Shown here in pieces: positions 34,700 through 42,938 of a stretch of 43,022 nt of DNA. Both the position numbers and the translations under genes were made by a program. The stretch is taken from contig CANQXQ010000002.1 of NCBI GenBank assembly GCA_947627845.1, positions 1-43,022 of the forward strand, in the 5' to 3' direction. A model generated the notes under the pieces. It ran no database searches. It saw only the letters and a list, made by a program, of their open reading frames with translations, and was not told the origin of the DNA. This stretch comes from an uncultured Bacilli bacterium (GTDB lineage: Bacteria > Bacillota_I > Bacilli_A > RF39 > UBA660). The stretch's first letter is position 1; each line of letters starts with the position of its first letter.

Positions 34700-35227
34700 A
34701 TGAAAATATATTTAGTCGCCGGCAAATCCGGAAGTGGCAAAAATGAAGTTGCCCAAATTATCAAAAAATATTACACCTCTTTTGGTAAAAGAGTTTTAAT
34801 AACCGAATTTAGTAAATATTTAAAATTATATGCTAAAGAAGTTTTAAATTGGCAAGAAAATGAACCAAAACCACGGCGTTTTTTACAAGATATAGGTGTA
34901 ACTATTAGAGAAAATATGGAAATGCCCTTAATGTTAATTAATAGAATGATGGAAGATTTAAAAATTTATGAATTATATTTTGATGTGGTAATTATAAGTG
35001 ATGTTCGTCTTCCTGAAGAAATAGAAGAATTTAAGAAAAAATATAGCGATTGCACATCTATTTATGTCATCAATCAATTTGCCGCTAGTAAATTAACTTT
35101 AAAAGAACAAATGCATATTACTGAAACAGCTTTAGAAGACTATAATAACTTTGATTTAACGATTACTAATGATAGTTTAGAAACCCTAGAACCTAAAGTT
35201 ATTAACTATTTAGAAGGAGTAAATTAA
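34700..35227 (+). CDS. Deoxynucleotide monophosphate kinase family protein (phage T4 gp1-like)
   Basis: P-loop GKSGSGKN, with a non-S/T residue after the Lys as in T4 gp1 (GKD). RRFLQDIG, ISDVRLPEE and the C-terminal HITETAL...DLTITNDSLETL closely parallel my memory of T4 gp1 HITEAGL...DLVITNDGSLEEL. Confidence 0.6.
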   Translation: MKIYLVAGKSGSGKNEVAQIIKKYYTSFGKRVLITEFSKYLKLYAKEVLNWQENEPKPRRFLQDIGVTIRENMEMPLMLINRMMEDLKIYELYFDVVIISDVRLPEEIEEFKKKYSDCTSIYVINQFAASKLTLKEQMHITETALEDYNNFDLTITNDSLETLEPKVINYLEGVN

Positions 35228-35228
35228 A

Positions 35229-36980
35229 ATGAATTTAAAAGACGAATTTATTAATTATTTTGTAAGCCTAGGCCATGTTCAAATTCCTAGTGCTCCCTTA
35301 ATTCCTGAAAATGATCCCTCTGTTTTATTTAATACAGCAGGTATGCAACCTTTAATCCCTTACTTAATGGGAAAACCTCATCCTGAGGGCAAAAGATTAT
35401 GTGATTATCAAAAATGTGTTCGTTTAACGGATTTAGATAGTATTGGCGATAAAACTCATCATACTTTTTTTGAAATGCTTGGAAATTGGAGTTTAGGCGA
35501 TTATTTTAAACAAGAAAGTATAACTTATAGTTTTAATTTTTTAACTAAAGTTTTAAATATTCCTCTAACTAAATTAGCCGTTACGGTTTTTGCTGGTAAT
35601 AGTTCAATTCCTCGCGACAATTTATCTGCAAGTATTTGGGAAAGTTTAGGTCTTAGTAAAGATCGCATTGCTTATTTAGGAGAAGAAGATAATTTTTGGA
35701 TTGCTGGTGAAACTGGTCCTTGTGGTGGCGATACCGAAATATTTTATTTTCGTAGTAATGACCCAGTTCCTAAAGTATTTGATCCTAAAGATGAACGTTG
35801 GGTAGAAATTTGGAATAATGTTTTCATGGAATTTAATAAAGATGAAAATGGCACAATTACCGAATTACCTCAAAAAAACGTTGATACCGGTATGGGTTTA
35901 GAACGGGTTGTGGCTGTTCTTGAAGGAGTCGATGATAATTATAAAACTTCTATTTGGCACGAAATAATTTCTAAAATTGAAGAAATAAGTCATAAACCTT
36001 ATGAAAATAATGAACCAAGTATGCGAATTATTGCCGATCATATTCGAACTGCCGTTTTTATTAGTGCTGATTATGCTGGTATTAAACCTAGCAATACTGA
36101 TCAAGGCTATATTTTAAGAAGATTAATTAGAAGAGCCATTCGTCATGCGAAAAAATTAGAAATAGATATGAATTCCGATTGGATTTTAGAGGTTGCTAAA
36201 GTAGTTATTACTAAATATGAGGATTATTATAAAGAAATTAAACAGAATAAAGAAGTTGTCTTAGAGGTTTTAAAAAATGAAACAATTAAATTTAATCGTA
36301 CTTTAGAAAAAGGTTTAAAAGAATTTAGTAAATTAATTAGTCATTTAGACTCTAAAACAATTGATAAAGATAATGCTTTTAAACTATATGACACCTATGG
36401 TTTCCCAATTGAACTTACTGTGGAAATGGCCAAAGAACAAGGCTTATGGGTTGATACTGAGGGCTTTAAAGAAAAATTTAAGGAACATCAAGAATTATCA
36501 AGAACCGCATCGGCTGGTAAATTTAAAGGTGGTTTAAGTTCTCAAGGCGAAATAGAAACTAAATATCATACCGCAACTCATCTTTTAAATGCCGCTTTAA
36601 AAGTAGTCGTTGGCCCGGATGTTCATCAAAAAGGGAGCAATATTACTTCTGAAAGAATGCGTTTTGATTTTTCATGTGACCATAAATTAAGTGAAGAAGA
36701 AAAACGGGAAACAGAAAGTTTAGTAAATAAATGGATTATGGATGATCTTCCGGTAAATATGAGTACAATGCCCAAAGAAGAAGCTATTAAAAATGGGGCC
36801 GAAGCTATGTTTATTGAAAAATACGCTGATATAGTTAATGTTTATACTATTGGAGATGTTTCCAAAGAAATATGTGGAGGACCTCACGTAAAACATACGG
36901 GCGAATTAGGCAAGTTTAAAATAATTAAAGAAGAAGCTAGTAGTGCTGGTGTAAGAAGAATAAAAGCCATTTTAGAATAG
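35229..36980 (+). CDS. alaS: Alanine--tRNA ligase, short form (583 aa)
   Basis: Class II AlaRS catalytic core (FNTAGMQP, HHTFFEMLGNWSLGDYF, GPCGGDTEIFY, VDTGMGLER, YILRRLIRRA). Editing-site motifs HTATHLL and CGGPHV. It ends at GVRRIKAILE with no C-Ala domain. Confidence 0.9.
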   Translation: MNLKDEFINYFVSLGHVQIPSAPLIPENDPSVLFNTAGMQPLIPYLMGKPHPEGKRLCDYQKCVRLTDLDSIGDKTHHTFFEMLGNWSLGDYFKQESITYSFNFLTKVLNIPLTKLAVTVFAGNSSIPRDNLSASIWESLGLSKDRIAYLGEEDNFWIAGETGPCGGDTEIFYFRSNDPVPKVFDPKDERWVEIWNNVFMEFNKDENGTITELPQKNVDTGMGLERVVAVLEGVDDNYKTSIWHEIISKIEEISHKPYENNEPSMRIIADHIRTAVFISADYAGIKPSNTDQGYILRRLIRRAIRHAKKLEIDMNSDWILEVAKVVITKYEDYYKEIKQNKEVVLEVLKNETIKFNRTLEKGLKEFSKLISHLDSKTIDKDNAFKLYDTYGFPIELTVEMAKEQGLWVDTEGFKEKFKEHQELSRTASAGKFKGGLSSQGEIETKYHTATHLLNAALKVVVGPDVHQKGSNITSERMRFDFSCDHKLSEEEKRETESLVNKWIMDDLPVNMSTMPKEEAIKNGAEAMFIEKYADIVNVYTIGDVSKEICGGPHVKHTGELGKFKIIKEEASSAGVRRIKAILE

Positions 36981-36995
36981 AAGTTTTATTATAAT

Positions 36996-37018
36996 AAAGA
37001 GTTTAACTCTTTATTTTT
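36996..37018 (+). terminator. Intrinsic terminator after alaS
   Basis: Stem AAAGAGT / ACTCTTT, loop TTA, then ATTTTT. Confidence 0.65.
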
Positions 37019-37067
37019 AAACGGAATTATGATATTATAAAAATAGTAGAATAGAAGAGGTGGGTAT

Positions 37068-38189
37068 ATGACTATTTTAAGTATCGGTCAATGTAGTTAT
37101 GATATAACATGTCCAATCGCTGAATACCCAGTCGAGGGCACAAAATATTTTTTAGGCGAAAAAATAGAATCTGGGGGAGGAACCGCGGCTAATATTGCTT
37201 ATCTTTTAGGAAAATGGGGCGAAACATCTTATTTTGCTGGCGTAACTGGTTCCGATGATTATGCTTCTAAAATTCGTAAAGAATTTGATCAAGCTCTAGT
37301 TAAAACCGAATATATTGAAACCAGCTATGATGTTGGCACACCTTTATCAGTTATTTTAGTTAATAAAAAAAATGGTTCCCGTACTCGTTTTGATGTAGTC
37401 GGCGCTACCCAACCTCGTTTAAAAAAATATGAATACAATATTTCACCAGATGTCATAGTCTCTGATGGTAAAGAATATAGTGCAACAATCAATGCTTTAA
37501 ATAAATACCCTAATGCTATTAGTATAGTTGATGCTGGTCGTGTTGATCGTGATCTTTTAGAATTATGTAAATATGCTAAATATATTGTTTGTTCTAAAGG
37601 CTTTGCCGAAACAGTAAGTGGTTTAAAAATTGATTATAATAATTCTATTAGTTTAGTAAATATCTATAAAAAATTAAAAGACCGTTACCCCAATAATGAA
37701 ATAGTTGTTACTCTAGAAAATATGGGTGCTATGTACACTTATAATGGTGAAATTCGGATTATGCCTGGTTTAAAAGTAACTCAAGTTGATCCAAGTTGTT
37801 CCGGGGACATTTTCCATGGTGCTTTCGCTTATTGTATAGCTAATCACTTTGATATCGAAAAAGCTGTCACTTATTCCAATATAGCCGCCGGCCTATCTGT
37901 GACTAAAATGGGTGGACGTCCATCCATACCTACTTTAAAAGAAGTAATTAACTATTATAATCAAAAATTTAATGTAAAAGCTCCTGTTGAGGAAAAAACT
38001 GTGGAAACTCCAAAAGATGTAAATGCCTTACCTGATATTCCTGATGCTAGTACCTTTGTTATTCCGTCTCAATCCACACCCACAAATGTTGAAGAGATAG
38101 GGAATTCCTTTTTTGGGGCTCAACCAACTACAAAGGCTCAAGCTTCAAATATACCTGTAGTTGAGGCCTCTAACGATGTACACCAGTAA
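37068..38189 (+). CDS. PfkB-family (ribokinase-like) carbohydrate kinase with a roughly 70-aa low-complexity C-terminal tail
   Basis: GGGTAANIA near the N-terminus and the DPSCSGDIFHGAF / GG anion-hole region typical of PfkB kinases. The tail is Pro/Thr/Ser/Val-rich. Confidence 0.75.
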   Translation: MTILSIGQCSYDITCPIAEYPVEGTKYFLGEKIESGGGTAANIAYLLGKWGETSYFAGVTGSDDYASKIRKEFDQALVKTEYIETSYDVGTPLSVILVNKKNGSRTRFDVVGATQPRLKKYEYNISPDVIVSDGKEYSATINALNKYPNAISIVDAGRVDRDLLELCKYAKYIVCSKGFAETVSGLKIDYNNSISLVNIYKKLKDRYPNNEIVVTLENMGAMYTYNGEIRIMPGLKVTQVDPSCSGDIFHGAFAYCIANHFDIEKAVTYSNIAAGLSVTKMGGRPSIPTLKEVINYYNQKFNVKAPVEEKTVETPKDVNALPDIPDASTFVIPSQSTPTNVEEIGNSFFGAQPTTKAQASNIPVVEASNDVHQ

Positions 38190-38427
38190 ATCTCCAACTC
38201 TAAATGTTCATGGAGAAACTCGTGACACGGTGGTCTTTATCTTAAATGATTTCATAAATGACAATGTTAAATTAAGAAATGAGTATATTGGTGTCATCCA
38301 TGGTTATAGTAGTACTATTTTAAAAAATAAAGTACATGAAGTGTTAAAACACCATAAAAATGTTGATAGTTTTAAAGTAGATCCCTTTAATCCTGGACTT
38401 ACAATTATTAAATTAAAACTAAAATAA
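38176..38427 (+). CDS. Smr-domain protein
   Basis: LNVHGETRD....VIHGYSSTILKNKV pattern of Smr (small MutS-related) domains. ATG 38176 overlaps the pfkB 3' end by 14 nt. Confidence 0.65.
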   Translation: MYTSKSPTLNVHGETRDTVVFILNDFINDNVKLRNEYIGVIHGYSSTILKNKVHEVLKHHKNVDSFKVDPFNPGLTIIKLKLK

Positions 38428-38447
38428 ACACTAAAATCGGGCCATTT

Positions 38448-38476
38448 TTGACAAAAAGAGCCTTTTATGATATAAT
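38448..38476 (+). promoter_or_regulatory. Consensus sigma-A promoter P1 (extended -10)
   Basis: TTGACA, 17-nt spacer ending in TGa, TATAAT. Confidence 0.7.
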
Positions 38477-38520
38477 TAAAGTATCAGAGGTAAAATAATA
38501 GATAGAAAAATCTATTAAAA

Positions 38521-38569
38521 ACGAACAGAATTTGACAAATTAAGGGAGATATGCTATAATTTTGTTCGT
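38521..38569. promoter_or_regulatory. Inverted repeat ACGAACA ... TGTTCGT bracketing promoter P2 (candidate operator pair)
   Basis: Perfect 7-bp arms at 38521-38527 and 38563-38569, extendable to about 11 of 13 bp. Centres are 42 bp apart. Confidence 0.45.
38532..38560 (+). promoter_or_regulatory. Consensus sigma-A promoter P2 (extended -10)
   Basis: TTGACA, 17-nt spacer ending in TGc, TATAAT. It puts the TSS near 38567, downstream of the track's TTG start at 38562. Confidence 0.7.
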
Positions 38570-38591
38570 ATTAAATAAGGGGGTTATATTT

Positions 38592-39011
38592 ATGAAAGGA
38601 TATGTACTCGATTACATTAATGAAAATGAGTTTAAAAAACTAGAAAGAGCATTAAAGAAATATAATATGCTAGCTTTCAAAAAATTAAATTTTGAATACT
38701 ATCCCGCACTTCGAAATGGAAATTTTGTTGGAGAATTAGTAAGTACTAATAAAAAAGAACATACTGAAAGATATGAATTAAAATTACCGAGTGACAAAAT
38801 GTTTGCCGCGGTTCATGGTGAAGTAAAACTTTATTATACTGTATATTTAAAAGAAGAAACTATTATGTTAGATACTATTACTCCAACTGAAATATTATTA
38901 GAAGGTCACATGAGCGAACTTACAACATATAAAGGTATAATGATTTCCAAAGCGAATGCCTCAAAAGATAAATTTAAAATTGATTTATTAAATATGTTAC
39001 AAGATAAGTAA
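38592..39011 (+). CDS. Hypothetical protein (139 aa)
   Basis: SD AAGGGGG precedes ATG 38592. I recognise no family motif. Confidence 0.6.
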   Translation: MKGYVLDYINENEFKKLERALKKYNMLAFKKLNFEYYPALRNGNFVGELVSTNKKEHTERYELKLPSDKMFAAVHGEVKLYYTVYLKEETIMLDTITPTEILLEGHMSELTTYKGIMISKANASKDKFKIDLLNMLQDK

Positions 39012-39040
39012 CATATTTTTCATAAGTAGGGGGAATAACC

Positions 39041-39841
39041 ATGTATTTAAGTCATACATTTTCAAGTAATCTATCACGTTTTACTGTAATAGGTCAAAAA
39101 AATGCTCTAGAAAGTATAGATAATTATATGCAAATGATTATTTATAACACTATTAATTATTTAACTAAAAAGAATACTTTTGGTATTTTACAAGTGGCTT
39201 CTAATCCCCGGAAATACATAATAAGTATTAAAAATGAAATGCCTATTTTTGTTATTATATATAGTGATTATTTTACTATTGAGCATAATAAAATTTTATA
39301 TGAATTTACGCACTCTTATACGGCCAAAGGAGGAGTTATAAATTTAAGAAAGGTTCATTATCAAAAGTTAAATTATGACATAACAGAAGAGTATGCTCCT
39401 CATTTAGTTACTTTAGTAATTAAAAAGAATAATAGCCAATTTGACTTTAGAATTCCTTATGATACTAACGAAAGAGTAGAAATGCCTTTTTTAAGTAAAC
39501 TTAATAGTGAAGCTAATTTAAATTTACTTAAAAATATCTATATGGTCTTTTTTGCTCCTAATCAAGATAGATATAACTTTAGAAGTGAAGTTACTACTTT
39601 AAGTATCAAAGATTTAAACCAAGAAAAGAATTTGCGAGTTAAGGCTGGTGAAAATATCTCTTATGAGCATATCATAGATCTTGATAATATTAAAATAAAA
39701 GTAAATAAAGAAAAAGACTCCAATTCTACTTTAAACATTGCTGGTTTAGGGGAAGAGTTTCCGCCTATTTTAAATAATTATATTACGATGATGCTCGCTG
39801 AAGCCGAAAAAATATTTACAGGAAAAAAATTAAGTCGTTAG
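39041..39841 (+). CDS. Hypothetical protein (266 aa)
   Basis: SD GTAGGGGGA. Soluble and beta-rich by composition. I recognise no family motif. Confidence 0.6.
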   Translation: MYLSHTFSSNLSRFTVIGQKNALESIDNYMQMIIYNTINYLTKKNTFGILQVASNPRKYIISIKNEMPIFVIIYSDYFTIEHNKILYEFTHSYTAKGGVINLRKVHYQKLNYDITEEYAPHLVTLVIKKNNSQFDFRIPYDTNERVEMPFLSKLNSEANLNLLKNIYMVFFAPNQDRYNFRSEVTTLSIKDLNQEKNLRVKAGENISYEHIIDLDNIKIKVNKEKDSNSTLNIAGLGEEFPPILNNYITMMLAEAEKIFTGKKLSR

Positions 39842-39900
39842 AAAAAGGGAGAACTTTTCTTTTTTCCTATATTGTGTTAAAATATTCTTGGTGATTTATT

Positions 39901-40650
39901 ATGCTTGAAATTAAACAATTAAATGTCAAAGCCGAATCCAAAATTATTTTAAATAATTTTAATTTAACAATAAATGATGGCGAAGTTCATGTATTAATGG
40001 GCCCCAATGGCACAGGTAAAAGTACTATTTGTAAAGCCATATTTAATCATCCCGATTATGAAATTACTGGTAAGATAGAATATGATGGTCATGATTTAAC
40101 TAAAATGACTCCCACGGCTATAAGTCGTTTAGGTTTATTTTTATTAAATCAAAACCCGGTCGAAATTGAGGGTATTACTAATGCCGAATTAATAAGAAGT
40201 GCTTTAAGTGAGAAAAATAATACGCATATCGATATCTTTAAATTTAATAAACGTTTAAATGAAATCTGCGAAATCATTAATTTACCTAAATCTTTTGTTC
40301 ATCGCGATATTAATTTTAATATGAGTGGGGGAGAAAAGAAAAAAAACGAATTATTAAGTTTGTTTATGCTCGAACCGAAATTTATAATTTTAGATGAAAT
40401 TGACTCGGGGCTTGATGTCGATGCCTTAAAAGTTGTTGGAGCCTCCTTAAAAAAATATTATGAGACCTATCATCCCGCCATCTTAATTGTTACTCATCAT
40501 CAAGATATTTTAAAATATTTTCCTAAATATCAAGTATCAATCTTAAAAGACGGTTCTATTATAAAAACTGGTAATGAAGCTTTAGCTCAAGAAATTGAAA
40601 CTACTGGTTTTGAGGCAAATGTTATTAGTGGGTCTAAAGAAAATGAATAA
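39901..40650 (+). CDS. sufC: Fe-S cluster assembly ATPase SufC
   Basis: GPNGTGKST, MSGGEKKKNE, ILDEIDSGLD and THH motifs. Confidence 0.9.
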   Translation: MLEIKQLNVKAESKIILNNFNLTINDGEVHVLMGPNGTGKSTICKAIFNHPDYEITGKIEYDGHDLTKMTPTAISRLGLFLLNQNPVEIEGITNAELIRSALSEKNNTHIDIFKFNKRLNEICEIINLPKSFVHRDINFNMSGGEKKKNELLSLFMLEPKFIILDEIDSGLDVDALKVVGASLKKYYETYHPAILIVTHHQDILKYFPKYQVSILKDGSIIKTGNEALAQEIETTGFEANVISGSKENE

Positions 40651-41317
40651 ACTATTATTGGTAGGGGTAAAAAATACTTTAGCTCCTGGGAATTATTTAA
40701 TTTCCTATAAAAATAAAACAACGATTGATATTGATGGTGAAGTTAATTTAGCTCATTATGAAACTACCGGTTATGATTTAAATCTTAATTTACTTGATAA
40801 TGCAATCTTAAACTTAAATTATTTATATATCGTATCTCATGATTTGAAACTTACGATCAATCTAAATAATAATACAACTTTAGATGCTCATATTACTCTT
40901 GTAAATGAGGGAAGTCATAAAATAGAGATTAATCTAAACATGTTAGGTAATAATAATAAAGCTAAAATTACCTTGCGGGTAATAAATAAAAATAATCATG
41001 ATAATATTACGGTTGCCGTTACGGGAAACATTGCTAAAAATACTTGTGATAATGAATTATTAGAAGACTTAAAAGGCCTTATCTTAAAAGAAGATACTAT
41101 AAAAATATGTCCTAATATTGAAGTAGATACCAATGAAGTTATAGCTAATCATTTAGTTACAATTGGTTCTTTTAATAAAGAAGATTTATTTTATTTAAAA
41201 ACTAAAGGTTTAAGTGAATTAACTGCTAAAAAATTACTATTAAAAAGATTTTTAATAAATAATCTACCTGAAGATTTACAAAAACATTTAAAATTGGAGG
41301 TGATAAAGTTTGAATAG
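40643..41317 (+). CDS. sufD: Short SufB/SufD-family protein (about 224 aa)
   Basis: Beta-helix-like repeats and the C-terminal ANHLVTIGSFNKEDLFYLKTKGLSELTAKKLL, matching the SufB/D C-terminal motif. ATG 40643 overlaps the sufC stop (ATGAATAA). Confidence 0.7.
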   Translation: MNKLLLVGVKNTLAPGNYLISYKNKTTIDIDGEVNLAHYETTGYDLNLNLLDNAILNLNYLYIVSHDLKLTINLNNNTTLDAHITLVNEGSHKIEINLNMLGNNNKAKITLRVINKNNHDNITVAVTGNIAKNTCDNELLEDLKGLILKEDTIKICPNIEVDTNEVIANHLVTIGSFNKEDLFYLKTKGLSELTAKKLLLKRFLINNLPEDLQKHLKLEVIKFE

Positions 41318-42506
41318 AGAAGATTTTCCCCTTTTAAAGCAAGATATAATATATTTAGATAATAGTGCCACTACCTTAAAACCTAAATGTGTCATCGATA
41401 AAATGAATGATTATTATACTAATTATTCCGCTAATGCTCATCGTGGTGATTATGATTTATCATTTAAAGTTGATAAAGAATATGAAGAAGCCCGGGAAAC
41501 AGTTAAAGAATTTATTAATGCTTCTTCTTTAGAGGAAATAGTTTTTACTAATGGTACAACTGAATCCTTAAATATGATTGTTCGCGGCTTTTTTGAAAAC
41601 TTACTTGAAGCCGGTGATGAAGTTTTAATTACAACCAGTGAACATGCTTCCAATGTTCTTCCGTGGTTTAGATTAGTAAATAAACTTGGAATAGTAGTAA
41701 ATTATATTCCGCTTGATGATCATTACTATGTTACTTTAGATAATGTTAAGAAAGCTATAAGTGATAAAACTAAAGTCATCAGTCTTGCCGGTATCACTAA
41801 TGTTATAGGTGATAAACGTCCAATTAAAGAAATAACTGAATACGCTCATAAACATAACATTTTTGTGGTATTAGATGGCGCTCAAATGGTTCCTCATACT
41901 GAAGTAGATGTTCAAGATTTAGATATTGATTTTCTTGCTTTTTCGGGTCATAAAATATGTGGTCCTACGGGAATAGGTGTTTTATATGGTAAAAGAGAAT
42001 TATTAGAACATTTAGAACCCATAAATTTAGGCGGGGGAATGAATGAATCTTTTGATAATCCAAATGAAGTTTATTTAAAACCGCTTCCGACTAGACTTGA
42101 AGCTGGTACCCAAAATATTGCTGGTGTTATAGGTCTAGGCGCGGCTATTAAATATTTACAAAGTATTGGTTATGATAAGATAAATGAACACGTCCATAAT
42201 TTACGTAAATATTTGATTGATAAACTATTGCCACTTAAGTATATAGATATAATTAATTTAGAATCTGATAGTGGTATAGTCGCGTTTAATGTCAATAATA
42301 TTTTTAGCCAAGATGTTGCTTATTATTTAAATAAATATAATATTTGTGTTCGCGCAGGCAATCATTGTGCTAAAATTTTAAAAAATAGTGTTGGGGTAAC
42401 TAATACTGTTAGAGTAAGTTTATATTTTTATAATACTTATGAAGAAATCGATAATTTAGTTGAATTATTAAGTAATTATGATAAAATAGTAAAAGAGATG
42501 ATCTAA
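41310..42506 (+). CDS. sufS: Cysteine desulfurase SufS
   Basis: PLP-lysine motif SGHKICGPTGIG and catalytic RAGNHCA. TTG start follows GGAGGTGA. Confidence 0.9.
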   Translation: MNREDFPLLKQDIIYLDNSATTLKPKCVIDKMNDYYTNYSANAHRGDYDLSFKVDKEYEEARETVKEFINASSLEEIVFTNGTTESLNMIVRGFFENLLEAGDEVLITTSEHASNVLPWFRLVNKLGIVVNYIPLDDHYYVTLDNVKKAISDKTKVISLAGITNVIGDKRPIKEITEYAHKHNIFVVLDGAQMVPHTEVDVQDLDIDFLAFSGHKICGPTGIGVLYGKRELLEHLEPINLGGGMNESFDNPNEVYLKPLPTRLEAGTQNIAGVIGLGAAIKYLQSIGYDKINEHVHNLRKYLIDKLLPLKYIDIINLESDSGIVAFNVNNIFSQDVAYYLNKYNICVRAGNHCAKILKNSVGVTNTVRVSLYFYNTYEEIDNLVELLSNYDKIVKEMI

Positions 42507-42931
42507 TGGACAGTGAAACTAAAAGAGAAATAATTATGGAAAATTATACGCATCCTCTAAATCGCAAACGAATTGATGATCCAAGTTATCTTAAAGTAAA
42601 TACTCGTAATGCCAGCTGTATTGATAATATTGATATCTATTTAAAATTTGCTAATGATAAAATAATTGATATAGCCTTTGAAGGTGAAGCTTGTGCTATA
42701 TCGATTTCGGCAACATCAGTCATGATTAATAATTTAATCGGTAAAACCAAAGAAGAAGCTCTAAACTATATTCATAATTTTTATGCTATGACGGAGGGTA
42801 AAACCTATGATGCCTTACTATTACAAGATGGAAATGCTTATAGTGATATTTATAAACAAGGTAATCGTAAAACTTGCGCAACTCTACCATTTAGAGGGTT
42901 AGAAAAAGCTATTTTAGAAAGTGACAAATAG
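42506..42931 (+). CDS. sufU: SufU-type Fe-S/sulfur-transfer scaffold
   Basis: Conserved NASCID, GEACAIS and RKTCATLPF cysteine motifs. Confidence 0.9.
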   Translation: MDSETKREIIMENYTHPLNRKRIDDPSYLKVNTRNASCIDNIDIYLKFANDKIIDIAFEGEACAISISATSVMINNLIGKTKEEALNYIHNFYAMTEGKTYDALLLQDGNAYSDIYKQGNRKTCATLPFRGLEKAILESDK

Positions 42932-42938
42932 CTTTTTT
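42905..42938 (+). terminator. Intrinsic terminator ending the suf operon
   Basis: 10-bp stem AAAGCTATTT / AAATAGCTTT, 11-nt loop, then a T-run. It overlaps the last sufU codons. Confidence 0.75.

Noticed and set aside
35898-36104. Minus-strand ORF inside alaS
   Set aside because: Shadow ORF.
41450-41653. Minus-strand ORF inside sufS
   Set aside because: Shadow ORF.
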